Assembly: GCF_963921235.1 (NCBI RefSeq)
Contig: NC_086100.1
Coordinates: 204,168,001 to 204,232,000, forward strand
DNA length: 64,000 bases
Source: Mobula hypostoma
Lineage: Eukaryota
Direction: 5' to 3'
The notes beneath the pieces are model-generated. The model had not been told where the DNA came from. It searched no databases and worked only from the letters and a program-made list of their open reading frames with translations. Both the position numbers and the translations under genes were made by a program. Within the stretch, counting starts at the first letter, position 1; the number at the start of each line of letters is the position of its first letter. Of this stretch, positions 38,548 to 51,100 are shown in pieces.

Positions 38548-41500
38548 AACACACATCAAAGTTGCCGGTGAACGCAGCAGGCCAAGCAGCATCTATAGGA
38601 AGAGGCGCAGTCGACGTTTCAGGCCGAGACCCTTCGTCAGGACTAATTGAAGGAAGAGTGAGTAAGGGATTTGAAAGCTGGAGGGGGAGGGGGAGATGCA
38701 AAATGATAGGAGAAGACAGGAGGGGGAGGGATAGAGCCGAGAGCTGGACAGGTGATAGGCAAAAGGGGATACGAGAGGATCATGGGACAGGAGGTCCGGG
38801 AAGAAAGACGGGGGGGGGGGGGTGACCCAGAGGATGGGCAAGAGGTATATTCAGAGGGACAGAGGGAGAAAAAGGAGAGTGAGAGAAAGAAAGAATGTGT
38901 GCAAAAAAATGAGTAACAGATGGGGTACGAGGGGGAGGTGGGGCCTTAGCGGAAGTTAGAGAAGTCAATGTTCATGCCATCAGGTTGGAGGCTACCCAGA
39001 CGGAATATAAGGTGTTGTTCCTCCAACCTGAGTGTGGCTTCATCTTTACAGTAGAGGAGGCCGTGGATAGACATGTCAGAATGGGAATGGGATGTGGAAT
39101 TAAAATGTGTGGCCACTGGGAGATCCTGCTTTCTCTGCCGGACAGAGCGTAGATGTTCAGCAAAGCGGTCTCCCAGTCTGCGTCGGGTCTCACCAATATA
39201 TAAAAGGCCGCATCGGGAGCACCGGACGCAGTATATCACCCCAGTCGACTCACAGGTGAAGTGATGCCTCACCTGGAAGGACTGTTTGGGGCCCTGAATG
39301 GTGGTAAGGGAGGAAGTGTAAGGGCATGTGTAGCACTTGTTCTGCTTACACGGATAAGTGCCAGGAGGGAGATCAGTGGGAAGGGATGGGGGAGACGAAT
39401 GGACAAGGGAGTTGTGTAGGGAGCGAACCCTGCGGAATGCAGAGAGAGGGGGGGAGGGAAAGATGTGCTTAGTGGTGGGATCCCGTTGGAGGTGGCGGAA
39501 GTTACGGAGAATAATATGTTGGACCCGGAGGCTGGTGGGGTGGTAGGTGAGGACCAGGGGAACCCTATTCCTAGTGGGGTGGTGGGAGGATGGAGTGAGA
39601 GCAGATGTACGTGAAATGGGGGAGATGCGTTTAAGAGCAGAGTTGATAGTGGAGGAAGGGAATCCCCTTTCTTTAAAAAATGAAGACATCTCCCTCGTCC
39701 TAGAATGAAAAGCCTCATCCTGAGAGCAGATGCGGCGGAGACGGAGGAATTGCGAGAAGGGGATGGCGTTTTTGCAAGAGACAGGGTGAGAAGAGGAATA
39801 GTCCAGATAGCTGTGAGAGTCAGTAGACTTATAGTAGACATCAGTGGATAAGCTGTCTCCAGAGACAGAGACAGAAAGATCTAGAAAGGGGAGGGAGGTG
39901 TCGGAAATGGACCAGGTAAACTTGAGGGCAGGGTGAAAGTTGGAGGCAAAGTTAATAAAGTCAACGAGTTCTGCATGCGTGCAGGAAGCAGCGCCAATGC
40001 AGTCGTCGATGTAGCGAAGGAAAAGTGGGGGACTGATACCAGAATAGGCACGGAACATAGATTGTTCCTCAAACCCAACAAAAAGGCAGGCATAGCTAGG
40101 ACCCATACGGGTGCCCATAGCTACATCTTTAGTTTGGAGGAAATGGGAGGAGCAAAAGGAGAAATTATTAAGAGTAAGGACTAATTCCGCTAGACGGAGC
40201 AGAGTGGTGGTAGAGGGGAACTGATTAGGTCTGGAATCCAAAAAGAAGCGTAGAGCTTTGAGACCTTCCTGATGGGGGATGGAAGTATATAAGGACTGGA
40301 CATCCATGGTGAAAATAAAGCGGTGGGGGCCAGGGAACTTAAAATCATCGAAAAGTTTAAGAGCGTGAGAAGTGTCACGAACATAGGTCGGAAGGGATTG
40401 AACAAGGGGTGATAAAACAGTGTCGAGGTATGCAGAAACGAGTTTGGTGGGGCAGGAGCAAGCTGAGACAATAGGTCGGCCAGGACAGGTAGGTTTGTGG
40501 ATCTTGGGTAGGAGGTAGAAACGGGAAGTGCGGGGTGTGGGAACTATAAGGTTGGTAGCAGTGGATGGGAGATCCCCTGAGCGGATAAAGTCGGTGATAG
40601 TGTGGGAGACAATGGCCTGGTGCTCCTTAGTGGGGTCACGATCGAGGGGTAAATAAGAGGAGGTATCCGCGAGTTGTCGCTGTGCCTCGGCAAGGTAGAG
40701 GTCAGTACGCCAGACTACAACAGCACCCCCCTTATCAGCGGGTTTAATAATAAGGTTAGGATTAGTGCGGAGGGAGTGGAGAGCAGAGCGTTCCGAAGGA
40801 GTGAGGTTGGAATGGGGACAAGGTGCGGTGAAGTCGAGACGGTTGATGTCCTGTCGGCAGTTGGCAATAAAGAGATCCAGAGCAGGCAGAAGACCAGAGC
40901 GGGGTGTTCATGAAGAAGAGGAGGGTTGAAGACGGGAGAAGGGGTCATCGGTGGGGGTGGAAGAGTCCTTGCCGAAGAAGTAGGCTCGGAGACGGAGACG
41001 GCGGAAGAAAAGTTCCGCATCATGACGAACACGGAACTCACTGAGGTGTGGGCGAAGGGGGACAAAGGTGAGGCCCTTACTGAGAACAGAGCGTTCTGCC
41101 TCCGACAGTTGAAGGTCGAAGGGGATGGTAAAGACCCGGCACGGATGAGAGCTGTGATCAGAGGGGGGAGGGGGGAGGCTGGGTGTGTTAGTGGAGAGGG
41201 GAGGGTTGGGGTGAGAGGAAAATGGAGCCTCTGAGGGCCCAGGAGCTGACGGTGGGATCTGAGGGAGACGGGATTGCAGAGTATTGGTGGGGGAAGGGGA
41301 GACAGGAGTCACAACAGCAGCACATAAAGACCCGGCCTGGAGTTCAAGGCTGGAGTCGCAGTTGGTGGTTGCGCAATCGCTGTGAAGGTGTCCATGGTCG
41401 TTGCTGGAGTTCGGGTTTTGAATATGTCCTGAGGTGTTGGAGCCGCCGAGATCAATGGCTGGGGCCGCAATTGAAAGTTCATGCCTGCTAGCGTCGGGGC

Positions 41501-41686
41501 CGGCAGGCTCTGGAGTCCGTAGATGTAAGATCTTGCGATCTTTGCCTAACATGACAAAGTCAAAAAAACGGCGATTGCAGGCGTGAATCCGACGGAGGAT
41601 GAAATAACGGGTAGGACCATTACAGACGGTGAAGAAAGTGTCCCGAAGGTGTGGAAGGGTCTGGGATAGGGACACCAAGTACCTCC
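38548..41686 (-). mobile_element. Near-full-length Penelope-like element (RT + GIY-YIG)
   Basis: ORFs 40908-41690 and 38946-40307 are one reading frame (about 914 codons) with one TGA at 40908-40910. Motifs KPADKGG, LPKIHK, GRPIVS, DVQSLYT, RYIDD, YIGET. 12-bp TSD TCATATACGACC (38536-38547, 41687-41698). Confidence 0.95.
38609..38644 (-). ncRNA. Minimal type I hammerhead ribozyme motif
   Basis: Minus strand AGTC-CTGACGA-AGGGTCTCGGCCT-GAAAC-GTC-GACT, about 300 nt after the Penelope stop codon. Confidence 0.85.
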
Positions 41687-41874
41687 TCATATACGACCCT
41701 GGTTTTCCTGCCGGAGCTTTTACCCTGTCTGCTTACAATTCGTTCTGCACTGTTATCATCCCACCCATCTGCGCCTCTGCAGCTTCCCATCTCAGAATTA
41801 GGTCTATTATCACCGGCATGTGTCGTAAGATCTGCTACCATTGCCGTTGCTTAGGAGTTATTATTTTCATGTAA

Positions 41875-42097
41875 CACAGAGCGTCATAGGAAGGCATTCC
41901 TGCCTCTGGCCATCAAACTTTACAACTCCTCCCTTGGAGGGTCAGACACCCTGAGCCAATAGGCTGGTCCTGGACTTATTTCCTGGCATAATTTACATAT
42001 TACTATTTAACTATTTGTGGTTTTATTACTATTTATTATTCATGGTGCAACTGTAACGAAAACCAATTTCCCCCGGGATCAATAAAGTATGTATGAC
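41875..42097 (+). mobile_element. Rex1/Babar 3' end fragment
   Basis: Closely matches 6652-6875. Confidence 0.9.
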
Positions 42098-42404
42098 TAA
42101 AAGGTGAAAAGCTGAAGTGAACATGAGGGGGAGGGGTGACTATGATCCATATTGTTAGCGTGTTGAGTTTACCAGGAGACGAAGACTGCAGGGACGAGAT
42201 GTTTTCTGTTGACTAATACACTGTGTGTGGACCCCGCTGGCAATTCTGGTGTTGTGACCCAAGTCGAGACAAACACCACGCTGCCCACTCCACCAACAAT
42301 ACGGCACAGCTGGACACAAAACAGGGGACTTTACATCTCACAACACTGGATTCAGTGATGAAACCCGTGATTCATGTTGTCGTCCATTATGGTGTTTGTA
42401 AATA

Positions 42405-42714
42405 CGAGCGCACTCCCACAGGAGACGTCACACTGTCACCACCCCCCACGCGCCTGACGTCACGCATGGATTCCCCACACCGGCATCTGCCCTCACGTGC
42501 GCAGTGCCTTACGTCACACAGGCGCAGCTGCGCTCGAGCTTGGTCGGTTTAACGACTGAGCTACTAATCACGTGCACAGAGGGTTTAGGATCTGTGCTGC
42601 TCACAAAATAAATGTCCACTTTTTGATTTATTTCCAATTCCCTCTGAGAGAAACTCGGGGCGTTTCTGAAGCGTCTCCTGCGGCCGGAGTCTGATGAATC
42701 GCTGACAGGTAGGA
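42405..42714 (+). promoter_or_regulatory. CpG-rich putative promoter and non-coding first exon
   Basis: CRE-type sites GACGTCA (42424), TGACGTCA (42455), TTACGTCA (42509); E-boxes CACGTG (42494, 42569); donor CAG|GTAGGA at 42708/42709. Confidence 0.55.
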
Positions 42715-43034
42715 GGAGACTACTCGGCCCGTCGGTTTGATGCCGGTTCCCCGGGTTGGGAGGAGGGATTTTATTGAAAGGATGAAGATGGTGAGACAGG
42801 ATGTTCGTCCTGGTGGGGGACAGGAGGGGCTCATCTGTGGAAATGTCTGAGCCCACGGTGGTGGCGAGCAGAGGGATTCACCATATTGGGGGGCAAACAC
42901 CGGCAGACTGCTGTCCTGCAAGCGGGGCCAATGGTCCGGGCAAAGTGACAATTATTTGGTCTTTGTTGAGATTGTAGCTGGAACATGGTGTAAAATCCCG
43001 CTCCCCATACTGACACGGGTTACACAGACCAAAG

Positions 43035-43310
43035 AACAAACTGCCGGGGGAATTCAGTGGCTCGGGCAGCATCTGTGGAGGAATATGGACCGTCAACATT
43101 TCGGGCCGAGACCCTCCCTCTGGACTGAGAGTGAACGGGAAATAGTCAGAGAAAAGAGGTTGGGGTGGGGGATGGGGCAAGAGCTGGGGCGTGAGAGGTG
43201 GATCCGGGTGAGGTGAAAGGTGGGAAGGTGGAAATAGTGACGGGGGTGGGAGGTGAGTGTTTGGGGCAACACGGGGCTGCAGAAGATGGAAGTTAATTCC
43301 ATAGATGATT
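43035..43310 (-). mobile_element. Older Penelope-like 3' end with decayed hammerhead
   Basis: Minus strand AGTCCAGAGGGAGGGTCTCGGCCCGAAATGTTGAC (about 43092-43126) followed by the GATGCTGCC tail. Confidence 0.65.
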
Positions 43311-44280
43311 AACAAAGAGGTTAGAGAGTATTTGTTATAGAGAGTGCCATGAAGATTTACCAGACTGATCCCTGGAGTTCTGGGGTCATCAGACGAAGAA
43401 AGATCACATGTGATAACTCTTTCATTTAGAGAATCGAGGACTGAGAGGTGAACACATTGAAATGCACAACATTATTACCGGTTGAACCAGGGATCCCAGT
43501 CTCTGAAAAAGGGGGCGGACTGTCTGGGACAGAGATGAGAGGAAATGTCTCTACTCTGAGGGTGGTGAATATTTGTAAATCTCCACCAGAGAGGGCGGGG
43601 AAGACTCAGTGATCATCCTCACATAAAACAGAGGCCGGCAGATCTGTGCAGACCGAAAGGATCGAGGAAATGAGGATCAGGCAGAAACATGTGGCTGAGA
43701 TGGGAGTGCAGCTGCCATCTTGTTGATGGTTAGAGGGGCTGAATGGCCACAGATAGAAAAGAGCAGAGAGATTGAATAGACCTGAGAGGTAATCTCAATA
43801 CACAGAGGTAGTGAGTACCTGGAATGAGCTGTTCAGTGTTTGCATTGTTGGTTATCTACCTCGGCTTCAGTATCCTCACCGTGTTTGGAAATTCCCTCTC
43901 ACTGCCGTCTATCTGTGAGCAGCTGGAAATTAAAGAAACACTCAAGATGCTGGAGACCTGAAATCAGATCAGAAATTGTTTGAAGCTATTCTGACACAGG
44001 GTGTTGGAGCTGAAACATTAACTTTGTTCCTCTCCACAGATATTCTTTATCTGTTGAGTGTTTCTTGTATTTGCCGTTTTTTTTAGAACATTTCATTGAA
44101 ATGATTTAAGTCTCCTGGAAAATGGACTTGTGTAGGATGCACAATGTAATTCATTCTCTTACAGCACAGAAACAGGATTTTTGGCCCACCTAGTCTGTGC
44201 CATTTTCTGCCTGGACCCATCCACGTGCACCCAGACTATAGATGTCAATACCTTCCTCATCCATGTACCCATACAAACTT

Positions 44281-44912
44281 ATGATTATGAAGACACGTAG
44301 TCCTCTTTTATTGTCATTTAGTAAAGCATGCATTAAGAAATGATATATTATTTCCTCCAGTGTGATATCACAAAACACAGAACAAACCAAGACTCAAAAC
44401 ACTGACAAAACCCACATAATTCTAACATATAGTTACAAACAGTGTAACAATACCATAACTTGATGAAGAAGTCCATGAGCACAGTAAAGTTCAAAGTTTC
44501 TCAAATGTCCCACATCTCACGCAGACGGGAGAAGGAAGAAAAACTCTCCCTGCCATGCCGACCACAATCCAACTCTGAGTCATCCGAAAACTTCGAGCTC
44601 TGATCAGCTCTTCGACAGCGAGCACTGAGTGCCATCTCTGTCCGAACGATTCAACCTCCTTCTCGGTTGCCAAAAGCAGGCAAGGCCGGGGATTTTGAGG
44701 CCTACCCTCCGAAAGATTCCCGACCACACAGTAACGACAGCAGCGAACGAGCATTTCAGAAGTTTCTCCAGATGTTCCTTTGTGCTTTCACATCCATTCT
44801 CCATCAAATCAGAATTGTCCACGGCCCCTATTTAACAGGTACAATACCATTTTTCACCAGAGGGCTGCACACACGCGGCGCCCTCCCATCTTTTCATCCC
44901 GCCGTCTTCTCT
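44281..44912 (-). mobile_element. About 630-bp non-coding SINE-like element (second copy)
   Basis: Inverted homolog of 22997-23321 + 28666-28965; 5' GAAGACGGCG, 3' AATAAA + ATAATC tail. Confidence 0.75.
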
Positions 44913-47501
44913 TCAAAGCTGCAATTGAACCTGCATCACCTCCTGAGTGAAGTAAAAATCACAGCGAACAGGGTTGTTGGAACAGATCAGTTCGGAACAC
45001 TCCTGGGTACCGGCTTCCAGAGAGAATATGCTCACTCTACGACCATCCTCTGCCTTCTCTGTCAGGTCATTTCGGTGTCCACAAAGCCCAGTTCCCCTGG
45101 ATCTAAGTTCCTGCCAACGTGACCTGGCCTAATTTGGGGAACGTTATCAAAATTCTTACTCAAATCCAGTTGGCACTTCTGCGTGAATTTCAGTAAATAC
45201 TCCCGAATACCTGGAGTGAAGTGAACAGAGAAGAGATAAGCACAGAATATATGAAAAAGTGAAAAAGACCGAAAAAATGAAGTTCCATTGGAACAAAGAG
45301 ATTGAAATTCCGTGTGTGTATCCTGGGCAGAGCCAACTCTTCCAGTCATCCCCACTCCCCTGCTTTCACCCCATACCCTTTGATGTCCTGGCTAATCAAC
45401 AACCTATCTATCCCTGTCTTAAATACACCCAATGACTTGACCTCCGCAGCTGCTCGTAGCAACAAATTCCACAGATTCCCCCCCCCCCGCCGACTAAAGT
45501 GATTTCTCCGCATCTCAGTTCCAAATGGACATCCTCCAATTCTGAAGTCGTGCCCTCTTGTCCGAGAATCCCCTACCATGGGAAATTAACTTTGCCATAT
45601 CTAATATGTTCAGGCCTTTTAACATTTGAAGTGTTTCTATGAGATCCCCCTCATCCTTCTGAACTCCAGGGAATACAGGCCAAGAGCTGCCAGAAGTTCC
45701 TCATGCGGTAACCCTTTCATTCCTGGAATCATTCTCAAGAACCTTCTCTGAACACTCTCCAATGTCAGTATATTATTTCTAAAATAAGGATCCCAAAATG
45801 CACACAATTATCTGTGTGATCTCACGAGTGCCTTATAGAGCCTCACCATCGCATCCCTGCTGTTATATTCTATACCCCCAGAAATGAATGCCAACATTGT
45901 ATTTGCCTTCTTCACCAGTGACTCAACCTGGAGATTAACCTTTAGGATATCCTGCACAAGGACTACCAAGTCCATTTGCATCTCTGCATTTTGAATTCTC
46001 TCCCCATCTAAATAATAGTCTGTCCATTTATTTCTTCCACCAAAGTGCAAGACCATTCACTTTCCAACTATGTGTTTCATTTGCCACTTCTTTGCCCATT
46101 CCTCTAAACTATCTAAGTCTCTGTGCAGGATCTCTGTTTCCTCAACACTACCCGCTCCTCCACCTATCGTCGGCAAATTTAGCCACAAATTCACTAATAC
46201 TGCAGTCCAAATCATTGACATACATCGTAAAAAGCAGCGGTCCCAACACCGACCCCTGTGGAACTCCACTGGTAACCGGCAGCCAGCCAGAATAGTATCC
46301 ACTTATGTTTTCTCTTTTTCTGCCAGCTAACAATGTTCCGCCCGCACTAGTAACTTCCCTGTAATTCCACGGCCTCTTATCCTGCTAAGCGGCACCTTGT
46401 CAAAGGAATTCTGAAAATCCGAGTATACTATATGTACTGCATCTTCTTTGTCTACCCAGGTTGTAATTTCCTCAAAAAATTGCAGTAGGTTTCTCAGACA
46501 GGATTTTCCTTTCAGGAAACCATGCTGGCTTTGGCATATCTTGTCATGTGTCTCAGGTGTTATGTACCCATCGGGTTCATATTTTCTGTGGACTGTCACT
46601 TTAAAATGCCAGGAGAATGAGACTGACTTTTGGACACCGTTTGAGGGGAGAGAGAGATGATGGACTATCGATGTTATGGTTTCTCTGCAGCGTGTTTACT
46701 TTTTACAAGGACAGTTACAGACACAGAGAAACACATGCTCAGAGTCAAGATGGATTTGATCGATGAAAGACACCAGTGAGTGAGGTCCTGGTTTACACTT
46801 TCAGTAGCCCAAAAGGGGTGAGTTGAGATTGATCCTGAGTATTGATGAACAACTCTCACAAGTTTTCTGCAACTAGAACAAGTTTGCGGGAAGAAAAGAG
46901 AGGAGAGGTAGGTTTGAAACAGAAGAAACCTAGTGACAAAGAGATCACTGTTTGGACTCTCTGTTGGAGTTATTTCATATGTCGTGGAACTGGATAAGTG
47001 GCTATCACGTTGTGTGTTTAGGGTAACCTTGTGGAATCTACCAGTGTGTTGACCCTTGCCTGGGTGATGGTTCCCGTGAAGAGGGTCCCCTTAGTGATAA
47101 GCTACTGTTGGTGATAATCCATACATGGATTCTGTTTGAGTATCCTGTGGCCACCACTTTGGAGCGACCTGTAGCTGAATTCAGGTGTAGTACCAACTGT
47201 GTTGAAAGGATATTGGTTGAAGATCACTGTCGCTGATACTTCGTGTGTGGAGTGGACAACTTCAGGGATGAAACCTACAGCCCTTGTTATTCGGTATTGC
47301 TATTGTAGAATCTGTGAAATATCGACGTAATTACCTTCTTGCAACATTCGCCTTTTGGATTACAAATTTCTCTCATTAATTAACCTGAACATTGAACTGA
47401 ACTATTTTACATTCCATCGTAAGACTGTATCCCTTACCACCTAAGCTTGAAGTTTGGGTTTTATATTTCCACACCTATACGTGCTTAATCTCTGCTAACC
47501 T

Positions 47502-47685
47502 CACAACAAGCTGGAAGAACTCAGCAGGTTGGGCAGCATCCGTGGAAAAGATCGGTCGACATTTCGGGCAAGGTTCCGACCCGAAACGTCGACCGATCTT
47601 TTCCACGGATGCTGCCCAACCTGCTGAGTTCCTCCAGCGTGTTATGAGTGTTGCTTTGACCCCAGCATCTGCAGATTATTTTGTG
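47502..47685 (+). mobile_element. 184-bp Penelope-tail palindromic element
   Basis: 59-bp arms 47510-47568 / 47580-47638 with 2 mismatches; 13-bp TSD TCTCTGCTAACCT (47489-47501, 47686-47698). Confidence 0.92.
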
Positions 47686-48106
47686 TCTCTGCTAACCTGT
47701 TTGATTTATCTGATTTTATGTTACTTTATTGCGTAGTTACTTTCTTTCTTTTTCTTTTTAAATCTTTTTATTGAGTAAGTATACAAAAAAGGTAAGCCAT
47801 ATAAACATTAATACAATGTTAAAGTACAATAAAATTCCAAAAGATAACAATACCAAAAAGAAAATACTACAAACAATGTAATTTAAGCATAAGAAACCAA
47901 GATAACATAATAGTATACTAGATTTTATATATATCAATGGAAAAAAAAAAGAAAAAAAAACCCCCAAAAAAAAACCCACCGTGCAACTACCTAAAAGCAA
48001 AGCAAAGCAATGGGCTAACTTGAAACCAAACAGAGTTAAACTTAAAATCACGTCCTCAATCCCGACCTCCATTAAAACAGTGAAAAAAAAACAAGAAGGG
48101 TAAATA

Positions 48107-51100
48107 TTACATTAAATGAAAATATCGAATAAAAGGTCCCCAAATCTGTTCAAATTTAAATGAAGAATCATAAAGGTTACTTCTAATTTTCTCCAGATTC
48201 AAACATAAAATCGTCTGAGAAAACCAAAAAAAGGTAGTTGGAGCATTAAGCTCTTTCCAATGTTGTAAAATACATCTTTTCGCCATTAAAGTAAGAAAAG
48301 CAATCATTCTACGGGCTGAAGGGGAAAGATTACTAGAAATTTTAGGTAGTCCAAAGATAGCAGTAATAGGGTGAGGAGAGATATCTATATTTAATACCTT
48401 AGAAATAATATTGAAAATATCTCTCCAAAAAGTTTCCAAAGTAGGGCAAGACCAAAACATATGAGTTAAAGAGGCTATCTGCCCCGAACATCTATCACAG
48501 AAAGGATTAATATGCGAGTAAAAACGCGCTAACTTATCTTTGGACATATGTGCTCTATGAACCACTTTAAATTGAATTAGGGAATGTTTAGCACAAATAG
48601 AGGAAGTATTAACTAATTGTAAAATCTGCCCCCAATCATCCACAGAAATGGTAAGCCCCAATTCCTGTTCCCAATCTACCCTAATCTTATCAAATGGAGC
48701 TTTCCTAAGTTTCATAATAATATTATAAATCATAGCCGATGCACCTTTCTGACATGGATTAAGGTTAATTATCGAATCTAAAATATATATAGGAGGAAGC
48801 ATTGGAAAGGAAGAAAGTATAGTACTTAGGAAATTTCTAACTTGTAAATATCTAAAAAAATGTATTCTTGATAAGTTATATTTATTAGATAATTGTTCAA
48901 AAGACATAAGGGAACCATCTAAAAATAAATCCAAAAACCGTAAAATACCCTTAGTCTTCCAAGTTTGAAAAGCGCGATCCGTAAAAGAGGGAGGAAAAAA
49001 TATGTTGCCTAAAATAGGAATCGCTAACCCGAATTGATTAAGATCAAAAAATTTTCTGAATTGAAACCAAATGCGCAAAGCATATTTAACTATCGGGTTA
49101 GAGACCTGCTTAAGGCGTTTCGAATCAAAAGGAAGAGAGGAACCTAAAATAGAACCAAGTGTATAACCCTGAACAGATTGTAATTCCAATGCTACCCATT
49201 TAGGAATAGATAGTATGTCCCGGTCAAGTAACCAAAATTTCATATGTCGAATATTAATAGCCCAATAATAAAATCTAAAGTTAGGTAATGCTAAACCTCC
49301 ATCTCTCTTAGCTTTCTGTAAATGTATTTTACCCAGTCTCGGATTCTTATTCTGCCAAATAAATGAAGAAATTTTAGAGTCAACTTTATCAAAAAAAGAT
49401 TTAGGAACGAAAATTGGTAATGCCTGAAACACATATAAAAATTTTGGCAAAAAAAACATCTTAACTGCATTAATACGACCAATCAAAGTTAAATATAAGG
49501 GAAACCATTTAGATGAAAGTTGAGTAATATGGTCTATTAATGGTAAAAAGTTAGTCTTAAATAAATCTTTATGTTTACAAGTAATTTTAATCCCAAGATA
49601 TGAAAAGTAATTATTAATCAATTTAAATGGAAATTTATAATATAAGGGAAGATGTTTATTAATCGGAAAAAGTTCACTCTTACTAAGATTTAATTTATAA
49701 CCTGAGAAAAGACCAAATTGTGCTAATAACTCTAAAACAGCAGGAATGGATCTCTCAGGATTAGAAATATATAAAAGTAAATCATCAGCATAGAGTGATA
49801 ATTTATGGGACTTTAATCCCCGAGTTATCCCAGTAATATTTGAAGATTCTCGAATAGCAATTGCAAGAGGTTCTAATGCAATATCAAATAATAGGGGACT
49901 AAGAGGACAGCCTTGTCGAGTACCACGAAAGAGAGGAAAAAAAGGTGAGTTTAAGGAGTTAGTACGAACCGAGGCTACAGGGGAGTGATATAACAGTTTA
50001 ATCCAGGATATAAATTTCAAGCTAAAATTAAACATTTCAAGCACCTTAAATAAATAAGGCCATTCTACTCTATCAAAAGCTTTCTCGGCATCTAAAGAAA
50101 TAACACACTCAGGAACATTTTGTGAGGGAGTATAAACGATATTTAACAATGTACGAATATTATAAAAAGAGTAACGACCTTTAATAAAACCCGTTTGGTC
50201 TTCCGAAATAATAGAAGGAAGTACTTTTTCTAGTCTATTTGCTAATAACTTAGAAAAAACTTTAGAATCAACATTTAATAAAGATATTGGTCTATAAGAT
50301 GCACATTGAGCAGGGTCTTTATCCTTCTTTAGTATTAAAGAAATTGATGCTCTATTAAAAGATTCCGGAAGTTTACCAAGTTTCAAAGAAGCCTCAAAAA
50401 CCTTATAGAGCCAAGGAATCAATAAAGAAGCAAAACATTTATAAAATTCAACGGTAAACCCATCAGGGCCAGGAGCTTTCCCCAGATTCATAGAAAAAAT
50501 AACATTCTTAATCTCATCCATTGTAATGGAAGTATCTAATAAAGAAGACATATCCTGTGAAATCTGAGGGAAGTCTAACTTATCTAAAAAATCATTCATA
50601 TATTTAGAATCTCGAGGAGACTCTGATTGATATAAAGAAGAATAAAAATCACAAAAGGTTTGATTAATCCCCACATGATCCAATATCAATCGATCATTTT
50701 GGTTATAAATCTGATTGATTTGAGATTTAACATAATTAGATTTCAATTGATTAGCCAGCAGCTTGCCAATTTTATCACTGTGAACATAAAAATCACTTCT
50801 TGTTTTCTTTAATTGGTTTACAATCGAGGACGAGAGTAGTAAACTGTGTTCCATTTGAAGTTCAGTTCTTTGTTTGTATAGCTCCTCAGAAGGAGCCATA
50901 ACATATTTCTTATCAATTTCTTTAATCTTGTCCACAATTGCCATCTCCTCCTGCTTCTGTTTCTTCCTCAAAGCAACGGAATACGAAATAATCTGACCCC
51001 GAATATAGGCTTTAAAAGTGTCCCAAAGAGTGTTAACCGAAATATCTTCTGTATGGTTAATTGTAAAAAAAAGCTCAATCTGTTCATTCATAAAATTAAC

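Noticed and set aside
47502..47685. DNA-transposon MITE or pre-miRNA
   Set aside because: Arms are asymmetric, derive from the Penelope tail, and the 13-bp TSD matches the Penelope insertions in this window.
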